Positions 26,501 through 38,500 of a DNA stretch of 64,000 nucleotides are shown in pieces. Below the pieces are notes generated by a model, which had not been told where the DNA came from, made no database searches, and saw only the letters and a program-made list of their open reading frames with translations. Source of the stretch: Lytechinus pictus (Eukaryota); assembly GCF_037042905.1 (NCBI RefSeq), contig NC_087245.1, forward strand, positions 18,168,001 through 18,232,000. The letters are read 5' to 3'. Made by a program: the position numbers and the translations under genes. The first letter of the stretch is position 1; each line of letters begins with the position of its first letter.

Positions 26501-29500
26501 AAGTACTAATTTGTATTGTTGCACAGACAAACATGAAAAGTTACTCTTTGCATTGAAAAAAAAATAATGGAAACATTCAGATATGTGTAAATGGTTGACA
26601 ACTGGGTGAATTAAATTCTGAAAGTGACCAAAATTATATTTGAATTCCGTTTGTATGGACACTATGTGCTTGTCTAGTAGTGTGTCATATATTATAATCA
26701 AAGCAAATTATATATTCCCCATATATTATTGAAACATAAGTGCAGAAACAGTAAGCACTCATTGTCCATCATTCTATTTTGTCACCTCTAAAAAATAATA
26801 CATGTAGTCGGAGCAAATGGCCTTTATTTACAGTATAGTTACATGTATATGTTGTTTAATTTTTCGTCTGAATGATAGTGAAGATTTTACGAAAGACGTC
26901 TGTTACCTTTAAAAATCATAGTTGTAACAATTGACCTTAAATCATCAATAATATGTTCTTCATTTATTTTATAGTTAAACATTGTTTTTCACCCATTGAA
27001 TGAAATTGGACATTATAAGTGCATATTATATTCTCATTCAATTCCTATAATATTCAATGTAATTCAGGAGCAAGGGGAAATGCTCACAAATAAGGTACAT
27101 GTACTTAGTATTTTAGATTAGATAGCACGATTTGTGGCGCATGGTGTTATTTGTATGCATGATTTTGTTATAAATTTATAAGATCCTTGTATGTGTCCAG
27201 TATGTGACAATATAAGGATGTTTTTATTTTCTGAAAAGCAGTCAAAGCAAATATCATTTTCAGATTCTATGGATATATTTGTGGTTTATGCTGATGTTCA
27301 GGTTCTTAAAATCAATTAAATATTTTTTGGATAAGTTGTTGATAGTAGCAGAGGACACTAGTCATAACTTTTCATTAATTGCAATGAATTGTGCTCTGAA
27401 TTCTTGTGTTTTTACTTTTTGATATTACATATTGATTGCTGTTGTACAGACCTTCATTAGTTATTGGTTGTCTTTTCTTCTCTTTACACATTTTCATCAA
27501 TTTGATATTTCTAGTGTGTTTGAGTAAAGTTTTATTTTTTCACAGTTTTCTTAAATTCAGTTTTCGTTTGGCGTTTTTTAATTTTCCTCCTTATAAAATA
27601 ATGTTTTAAGTTTTTGCATGATGTGTAATATTTATTTATTTATATAGCTGTAGATGTAGATATTCCAATTGATGTATGTGCATTTTCTACCATGTGAAGT
27701 CACAATGAGAGGAATAGCTATTTCATGCAACAAATTTTTCCATTTTACTTTTTTCTTAGATTTTAATTTTTAGTAGTACTAGTAGCTATTACTTTAATAT
27801 TATATGTACATGCACGAGTTGAGTTGAGCACTTAGTTTGCATTTAAATTGCAACATTACATTTTATCTTATGCAATCGAAAATTGCTTCTTTTGAAGAGA
27901 TTAAGAAAACTGTAAACAGATTTTTGAAATGTAACAGGAAAAAGAAGAAAGACTAACATGACATTGAAGTAAAATCTTCCTTAGTAATCCTATTTTATGT
28001 GAAAAAAAACAATTGGTATGGTATGATGTGAAAGACTAACATGACATTGAAGTAAAATCTTCCTTAGTAATCCTATTTTATGTGAAAAAAAACAATTGGT
28101 ATGGTATGATGTATGTATGATGTACAATAAAGTATTTATAATGATCAAAGAGTTCTATTACTTTCAATTACAGAGCATTATGTTGAGTTTTAATTTTTTT
28201 TCAATTTTAATTCTTAATTATGATAGTACTAGGCCTAAACATATAATTGGTTTAGTTAGAATTTACTCTTACAGGAAAGCTTTTCAGGATTTTTTCATAA
28301 ATTCCCATTTTTTCTTCATGTATGCTTTTTAGCCTTTACATGTAATAGAGTCTCTACATGATGTCTTTACATGTAGTATTACAGACTTGAAATCTATAAA
28401 ACATTTCCTCTCATGGGTAAAGCTACAACTGTAACTACAAAGCTCTACTAATTCTAGGAAGAATTCTGAATTCTTTCATCAGAAAACAATGGATGCTGCA
28501 GACTTTCTTCAGAATGTAATCTACATCAACCTCAATCTCCCGGAGCACGAGAAGGTTCAGCGTTACAGTGCCCTCTCCAGGTTGTTCTCAAAGATTGGCT
28601 TTCATCGGAAGGCTGCGTTCTTCAAGCGGGTAGCTGCAATGCAATGTGTTAGTCCCACCAATCCAAATTCCAGCTGGGCTATGGTTAGTCATTGTCTTAT
28701 ATCATGTGTGCAATCTAAATTCTGTCTTGAGATTGTAAAACAAAAAAGTCTTATCAAGTCATCATGCTCATCTAGACCTTTTAAAATGTGATCATTGAAC
28801 TTAACCATCCAATCATTCTGAGTACTGTTTTTATTTGCATCCCAGCACTTCTCAGAACTTCCCTCTTCCTACTGTTATCACTTATATACCGAGCATTGAA
28901 AAAATCTACCAATAAATAAGTCATTAGAATTTAAAACATAATGCCTTTCATGAATTAATACTTCTGTTAAATTCTTTAATGTTTATTCATAGACAGAAGA
29001 GGATATTAGATTGTTGCTGTGGGAGGTTTGAAATTTAATATGAAAAAAGGATAATGCTGTAAGCCTACTTTAATTTTGTTTAGGCTAGAATCTATACAAA
29101 TTAAATTAGAATGAAAATAAACAATTATTATATTACATCTTTCAACACTATAATTTCTTTTTATATCAGAAATTAGCAGGTCAATTTGATATTTGTTAAA
29201 ATGTCGAATACAAATTTGTGCATGTATGACAGAATATTGAAAAAAAACACATAATTTTTTGCCAGTTGTGTACACAGTGCACAATACCCGAAACTTGGCC
29301 CCCTTAAAAAGTTATTGCTTCATTACTTACTGTTACATACATGTACTGTTACTATTACATATCTCCATTTAAAGAAAATCAAGATGACTCTGAGTAGGGC
29401 AGTTTTTATTATCTTCACCTTTTGTAACTGCATGTTTTTGTTTAAAAGTGAGCAGAATTATGGTGAAGAATCATTTATTTTAATATTCTTTGAGACTTCT

Positions 29501-32500
29501 AAAAAAGAGCAAGAAGATGTATTTAATCATTTTCATATCTTTCTTCCTTTTTTTATCAGTGTCACAGTTTACTCTTGGAAGCCATGGATGGGTACAAGCT
29601 GTCTCTAAATGCCAAGGATTATAGACGAGGTAAATATGTTTTAGAAAATTAGAATGAATTAAATTAATGAATGAAATGACGAATCAAATAAATAGATGAA
29701 CAAATGTGTGAATGCATGCTTGAATGGATTTAATTAATGTTATGAAGACAAGACCAAGATGATTGGGGTAGATTCTAATCATTGATAAGATCTCAGGATC
29801 TGAACTAAAGGAGTTGTGTAAATGACAAAATTTAGCAGAAAAATTGTATTTTCATTTGTACTATATATATCTCTGGATGTTTGTATGATATCATAGGTAT
29901 TATGTATGTGAAATATGTACTCTGTCATCAATAGTGATATCAATATCATCAAACAGTATCAGGTGGGTGTTTCATAAAGCTGTTCGTAAGTTAAGAATGA
30001 CTTTAAGAACGACTGGTGATCCTTTCTTGTGGTATGGTAAATTCATTGGCGATGGTTAAGTGCGTAATAAAGGTTCACCAGTCGTTCTTAAAGTCGCTCT
30101 TAACTTACGAGCAGCTTTATGAAACGCCCCCCAGAAATCCTGGTTTGCCATTTTCACCTCTGCTCAACTCACAATGGCTTATTTTTCCAAAGATTTCTTA
30201 AAAGCATGAGGAAAATTCATATTCCCTATATTTGTCATGTTTAATGAACAAATTAGTACGATGCTATCTTTGAATTTCTGTTGAAGTATTCTGCAGTTAG
30301 ACTATTGTTTACAGTTTGCATTTATTTTTAAATATCAAGCTATCAAACAAGGAACATGAAAAGGAAACATCTTAAAGAATTCATTTGAACTTGAGTCACA
30401 GGATAGATCATTGATAGGCTGTTTATTCAAAATTAGATGGCTAGAGCTTATAAAGAGAGATATTTGGAGAAAGAAAGGGAAAAATTAAAATTTGACAGCG
30501 AGATGTGAAGAAATGGCTAACTTTAAAGTCAATTCAAAACCATGTACAAAACTTCAAGGATGTCTCTTTCTGTTACATCGTCCTTATTTGATAGATGTCC
30601 CTCATGGATGGCTGATGTTGCAGATCAAGCTTCTTAATGAGATGATATTAACAGCAAGACGGATGGGTGACCATAGATTAGCTGTGAGGTAGGCTTGCTT
30701 GTTAAATACATTAAATGGAGGTAGAACTAATCCTTGTATGACTGAAGCATTGTTGGAATATACTAATTTCACATTATTGTCTATTTTACAGCTTTTCAAA
30801 ACTTCAACCAAGATTTTTCCACTGGACATTTATTGCTATTTTTGGGAGAGAATTTAGCCTTAGAAAAAGAAGACATGGCATCATTATTGTTCAGACATGT
30901 ATTATAGTCTTTGTTCTGCTCTGAAGCGCCTTGAGCATCTAATCAAGATGGAAAGTGCGCTATACAAATCTCATGTATTATTATTATTATTAAAGGACAA
31001 GTCCACCCCAACAAAAAGTTGATTCGAATAAAAAGAGAAAAATCCAACGAGCATAACACTGAAAATTTCATAAAAATCGGATGTAAAATAAAAAAAGTTG
31101 TGACATTTCAAAGTTTCGCTTAATTTCACAAAACAGTTATATTCACATCCTTGTCAGTATGCAAATGAGGAGACTGATGACATCACTCACTCACTATATA
31201 TTTTGTATTTTATTATATGAAACATGAAATATTCCAATTTTCTCCATGTTGTCAAGTGAAACAACAATTAATTCCTCCCTGAACATGTGCAATTAGCATT
31301 GTTTAATACTACATTGTTCAATCAAGTTGGTCCTTATTTTCAAATCTGTAAAAAATGAAATATTGTATAATTCAAACAATAAAAAACAAAAGAAATAGTG
31401 AGTGATGGACATCATGGACTGTCTCATTTGCATGTCACTGAGTTGTGCATATCACTGTTTTGTGACAAATAAGCGAAACTTTAAAATGTCATAACTTTCT
31501 TATTTCACATCCGATTTTGATGAAATTTTCAGCACAATGCTTGTTTGATTTTTCTCTATATATTCAAATCAACATTTTTGTGGGGTGGCCTTGACCTTTA
31601 AGTGTATTGTGAATCAGCACCATTTCTTTTACATGTTTATCTGTGTTGTCTATGAGGGTTGACCACACTACATGTATATCACACACCATACATTATTAAG
31701 GAAATGCATTCCTGGGCCTGTTGCATATAAGTTACCATTCTGGTAACTGCCATGCAATGGTAATTTGCATCAAATCCTTGATTATGATTGGCTGTTAAGT
31801 ATCTTTACCACAGTAGTTACCATTGGATGGCAAACTTATCATAATAGTAACTTTTATGCAAAGGGGCTCTGCACAATTTGTTGCAAAAATTGATATTGTT
31901 TTGAAATAAACATTGCCTATTAATCCATCATAACTTTTATCTTAATGCATTAAAATTACAATAATTGTGTTAAGATGTAAATTCTGATTAGCCTGTAAAT
32001 TTCCACGTAGTTGATTTTGAACTACATTGCTTCCATATCCTGCCACTTTATTTACATGAATGGGTGCCATTCCTAGGCAACCCGACAAACAAGGTTGAAC
32101 TGTACAGATATAAGCACTTACAGAATATCACTACACACCTTGGTGATTATATCAAGCCAGTGTTGCCCATAAACATTGTATGCAGTTTTTCTGATCACTG
32201 GGGGGATTTAAAGGATCCCATTTATCCTTCAGAGCCCTGATTGATTGTCCCCTAGGTATCTCTTATTCTTGCTCTATGCATTGGATGAACATTCTCCACT
32301 TCACGGGGAGTGATAGTACCCAATTATATTAAAGGTTCCTGATTGACAACTCTTCATTGATTGCCCTCCTCTGGGTATCTTTCATTCTTGCTTCATAAAT
32401 TGTAAGCACATTCTCCACTCCCCAGGGGATTTATTTGAATCCAATTATATTACAGGGTCCTGATTGACATCACTATTTGAATTGTCCCTCCACTATGTAG

Positions 32501-35500
32501 CTCCCATCAGGAAAACGAATCATTCTTTATTTTCGGGGTTACTTTTTGCAACTTGTCCTAAATCTGCATAAGCTTTAACATTGCAATGAATGGGGATACT
32601 CCAGGGCCCCTTATTGAGTTTCCAGTGCTCTTTTTAGGCATTTTGGAGGCAAAATGGCCCCAAGCCCATGTGTAAAATTTTCCCTGTCTCTCTTTCTTGC
32701 TCTATACATTGTATGAACATTCTCCACTTCATGGGGAGTGATGGTATCCAACTACATTAAAGGTTCCTGATTGACAACTCTCTACCGATTTTCCTTGTCT
32801 AGGTATCTTTCATTCTTGCTCCATGCATTCCATCCTAAGATGTCTGTCAATGAAAAGAGGGAGGTGGCAGCTCAACTTGAGACCTTAACCAGTAAGACTC
32901 CAGGAGTACCCCTTCCTCTCTCAGTTGATAATGGCTTGATTGTACCAGCGGTTCCCTTCACTTCGTTCCCTGTAGTCAAGTAAGTTCAGTGGCGTATTTT
33001 TTTTTGCCATTTATTAGGCAATAGTTCCTCATAGTTAAGTAAGTTTAAAATAACAAATTAGATATTGGGGGAAAAAGGCATTTTGAATAAAGTTGATTAC
33101 AATTACATGTAAATATTTATCAGACAATGTTTCAAACTGTCAAACTAGCAAGTATTGAGGGATGTACATTTGTAAATGAGAATGTTAAGTGTTTAGTAGG
33201 AATATACATCTTTTCTGCATCTTTATTTATAATTTTTGACTACCCCATCGATATTCATAAAATCATTTGCATTTATAGATGTAATTTCATTATTTTTATC
33301 TTAATATAATGGCCCATATTCTGAAGTCAGGTTTAACTTAGACCATGGTCTAACTCTGTGCTAAAATTATGGTAAGCCAAAAGTGTCAAAATTCTTATTA
33401 AGTTGTATGTTTCTTATGTTTACTGTGCTCTTTCCTGATTCATCGATGGTGCAGACAATAATATATTTATACTTCCTACACAATTATGAATGATTTGAGA
33501 GCGAAATGAGGTGAAATATTATATCTCTATTGTTAGTGATTTATGTAACAATTGGATATCTATACTTAAACCACAACTTTATACCTGAGTTTAACTTAAA
33601 CCCGACTTTGGATTTTAATTTTGTTTTCTCCATGTGAATTATATTTAGAATGGTTTTAAAACTTCCCTTATAGTGCAACATTGTTCCTTTTATTATAATT
33701 ATCTTCTCTATAGCATCACAGTAAAAATTAATTGTTTATGGTTGATAATTTTGTTTTTAATGAAATAATGCCATGACAGTATATATCTTAATAATTTAGC
33801 TTTGTCATGTGTAATATGTATGGTAATATGTGTTCGGCTTTGTCATATATAAATGATATCTTAACATTATGTATATGTGTTTGTCTTACGTATGATACTA
33901 TGATTTTTCAATCTCTTTCACTTAATTTGCCAAGTGTAATATCTTTTCATTTTATCTTTGTGCATTTTTCAGATCTTTTCAGCTTATCCGTCTATCTAAC
34001 CAGTTACTTCCCCATAGAACAGCTCCTAGTATCACCCTCAAAGATGGGCTCAACTCTGTCAATTCCAGTCCTTTCATCTACACTCCACTTAGCTCAAGAA
34101 ATAATACAATACAAAGAGATAGATCCAAAGTTGGTGAGTCAAATGCCTTACACTTGCAAGGATGATGTATTTTTTAATTGTGGCTGCTCTTCAGTGATAT
34201 ATCAGGAAATATATTCCATGGTATATGACTTATGCATACATTGTACTCAGCATGCAAATATTGCTCATATCCTTGATGAATGCAGTATTCATATTACATG
34301 TAGCTTAAATTAATGAACTATAATGATAATTTAATTGTTGTATTTAACAAAAATTAACAGCATATGTCGTTCTTGGCCCAACAGTAGAATAAAACAATAA
34401 GATTGGCAAGAAGCATGCTCAAAATGTGCCCAACAGTACTCACATTCATTCAAAATTAATTATTCTAGTAAATGTCACTTTGTTTACGGGGAAACGTCAG
34501 TAGATCATCCACTAGCACAGTATTTTCATGATATAGTATTTTTTTTTTCCTCTTTATGAAACTCAATTCAATGTTTTTATTATTTTTTCAGATTTCAAGT
34601 GGGTATCAAATGAGGCTTGTGAGGTCTGTCTACAAGTCTACAATCCTTTACCCTTTGAGCTTAGAGTTAGCAATCTAGTAAGTCCAACAGATGTATCAGT
34701 GTCATTTCTTGTTAGTTCTATTTAAAAACCAAATTTATTTTGAGCAGTTTACATACAGTTGATGCTGTCCAGTTAGATTGAATACAATGTTCTGTTGCTG
34801 AAATATGCTTGAGTATATACCTTGTACAAACACTAAATAATAATTAGAATGATGTGATCATGATATTTCTGATCTTGAAAACAGTTATTGTTTGACCCAG
34901 AAAATTTACGATCAGGACAATCGCCTGTATTTATAAACAAAAAATCTTACTGCATTCTAAGTTATAACTTACTGATATCAAAGAAATTATACAGTTTTTA
35001 ACTATTATTCTAAATATTTGTGACTATGATGTTTTAAAGGGGGGGAGGGGGTCAAAACTTCTCTCCTTCCTTTCCTCAAATAACCTCCAATTCATCATAA
35101 CATTCTCAATCCATTCATATTAATCACAGGGTTTCCTGGTGGAAGGCTTGAAGTTTGATCCAATCCCTGCCACCATCACCCTCCCTCCCCAGTCGGGTCC
35201 CCACGTGGTTTCCCTGATGGGCAAACCCAAGGGCTCCGGCCTCCTCACCATCACGGGCTACACCACCATCGTCCTGGGTGTAGAGAGTCACTGCCGTCTG
35301 GCTCACGTCCCTGACGTAACCGAGCCCTTCTACCAAGTCAAGGTGGCGCCGGCGCTGCCCCTCCTTAAGATTTCGACCTCCTTGCCCAAGGCGGCCAGTA
35401 GATTGAGCTTAGATCCCTCTGAGAAGCAGGCAAGCACGAGTGCGGCGGTTAGTCTCCTGACGGGAGAAAGGTACATCATCTAGTATATTTCACCTGATTA

Positions 35501-38500
35501 CATCACTGGAGTGCCAGTAAACATCAAAATCACAAAATAGAAGTAGAAATATAATAAAATAGTAAAAGAAATCATAAAAAAAAGTTCACATATCACTATA
35601 TCCAAAGGGAAAATTCCCCAAAATTATGTGGAGTAGTGGCTTCATTTGTTGAGATAGAAGAGGATTGAAAAAAACATTATTAATTTTATAGGAATATTAG
35701 TTCCGATGGACCATATTAAAACTGAATGCAGTAATGTGCCAAATTATTTGCTTTACTGATTGTCTCCTAATTCTGATGATTGTCATCCATTCTTTTGAAT
35801 GTATATTCACCATTGTAACTTATGATTTGGCTGAAAATTTTTTGTTGTTCCCTTAACTGCATTTGTTTTCCATTGCCATAAAATATGTGATACAATTTAC
35901 ATTCATTTATTTTTTGTCACCTTTATTATTCTCCATTTTCTCCTGTACAGCTGTGAATGTGAAGTTAGGATAACTAATTGCAGTAAAGATGTAGCTGTAG
36001 ATACACTGGATATAGTATTAGATTGTGATCTTGGTGAGTATAAGTCCAGAAAACTTACAGATGATGCAGACAGAAAAATTCTGCTAGAAATTACTTATGA
36101 TATTCAGTGTGCTATGAAGTGGATCTTTTGATAAATCTAAGAGGTATCATGGTTCACTGACATGGATTTTTGATGATCCAAAGAGAATCAATTACTAGTA
36201 CTCAGGATAAGTGATGATAATGTTAGATTTTAAACCTTTACATGCTGCTGATTTTAACTCTTCATAGAGATTGAGTTTTTTCTTAATTCTGTAAATGTTA
36301 AAAGTACAGATGTCATTGATAATTTATTTTTTTATTGTAATATCCAATGTAGTCTGTATTAAAATTAAGAAAAGCATGACTATTTGATACTACTGAAATC
36401 AATCTTCTGCTTTTATGTTTGTATGTTGTGCAGTTTATTTGAATATGTAAATAGTTTTATATCTCTTAAATCTTTACCTTTTAATTTAACTTGTATAGAT
36501 GATGTATTTACATGGAGTGAAGAGAATGTTCAAACGCAGCTTCCATTACAGCCAACCTGTCAACTCACCCTAACTCTGTATATCAAAGCAAAGGGCCCTT
36601 TCTGTGTGCAGTCGGGTAATACAAAACCAAGTAAGTTCCAATGAACCACATTAATCTTTGTACAATGTTTTCATACCATAAAAAATAACATTCCAGTCCT
36701 AATTCTCGCTGGACTTTTGTTTGCAAACTGTTGCAAAAGCTGACATCAGGTTGTAAAAATAAATCCCATGCATATGTAATTAATTATTTGAATTGTATAA
36801 TTTGAGATTGTTGTCCTTTCTTTCTAGTGAATGTTCCTCCAACTCCTACAGTGAACAGAACAGATAGGATACCTGGTCTATCCTCCCACCCATCAAGATC
36901 ACCTTCAACATCAATGATAGAACAGCAAGCATTGGCACCACATGAAATAGATCTTACCAGATTACAACAGGTAGAATTCATCCTTACCACCTCTGAAAGT
37001 GTATCTGCATGAAAGCTTTTATTACTTTTAGTAAATCGGTATGGATCATTTTCAAAGTCTGAATTCTATTTCAGACGAATATTTTTTTATAAAGGGAAAG
37101 TTTCTGTCTTAGTTTCATACATTAACAGTATGGACATGCTATCTTACTCCATTATCCAGAAGAATCTCTGAAGAAAGATTAGAAAATAAAACCGACTGAC
37201 AATCTATTTTGATATGTATTGAGGCATAATTCAATGCAGTATATGTGTACTATAATATGCCCTATAAAATACTGGAAAAGAATATTCTTTAGCCATTCAT
37301 TCCAGGCACTTTTCCAAATATATACATGTATGTGTAGTCACATGTGCTTATTGAAATCCAAATTTAAAAGAAAAGAGTCTCTTACGACTAGATTATTATC
37401 ATTACCACTAACCTATGAAATACCTTGACTTCACTTGAGGCATCATATTTTCACTTTTTTGTTTGTTCGCAGATAATTGAAGGTACTCTGAACATGCAGT
37501 ACTCTGGTGGAGAAGGAGTAGATGAGTACTTTAGGCAGACTTCTTTAGTTCTTAACGTAGAGGTCCAACCATCTATAGTCTTTACAAAGTGGACCACCAT
37601 ACCAGCCACTGAGTAAGTCACCCGTCATCACTAATGAAGACCCCCCCCCCTGATTATGTAATTGATGATCATGTGGCTCTAGCAACAATCAATTGAAACA
37701 GCTATTGTAATAATAAGTTTTAGATACTACAATCACATAGACACCTTTTATTACACATCCTTTCCCCCCCCAAAAAAAAAAACCAAATAAAAAAACAAAC
37801 AAACTAACTGTTTAAAGATGTTGGAAATGGTTCTTTTCACAACCTTGAAAACAAAAATGATTTGTATGATGCATTTTTATTCCTGAATTGTGATACTGTA
37901 ACTTTCTACATGCTCTCTCAACAACCTCTTTTTCTATCTCTATCTCACTCATTCTCTCAACCATTCTCTGACCGCCCATCTCAGCATTTTTTTGGGGTAT
38001 TATTTGTCAATTTCTGTTTTTGATTTGCAGTCCGAGACATTTCCATTTGGTGCTTGATGCCATGAATGCTACTCTTCAAGATTTAAAAGTGCAATATGGA
38101 GAGGAGAACTGTGAGGTAGCATTAGAGAGCCAGAAGACAAAGAGGTAACTTTATTCATTTTTGTCCTTTGTAAGACACCTTAATAAAAAAATTCTGTGCT
38201 GCGTCTTTTACCGGGAATCCAGCTCATCTGCCGCAGCGGCTTTCATTTTCCTCTATTGTCTTGTCTAATAGGAAATGGTGGAATTAGCAAGGAAAAGACA
38301 CCAAGGATTCCTGTAGAATTCCTGGTTTTAAGGTTCCTAAGATGAAAGCTAAAAGAATTTTGGTTAATGTTTCTCAATTATGATCATGATGAAAGGTGAG
38401 AGGTAGTAAATTCACTGTGAAACTTAAATGGTTTCATTGGTTTGTAGGATGGCAGTACGAGTGGATCGGTTTGAGCTGGATACTCAAGCCGTGAACGAGA

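Noticed and set aside
33807..34313. 168-aa ORF
   Set aside because: Overlaps TRAPPC9 exon 10 in a different frame; the rest is intronic.
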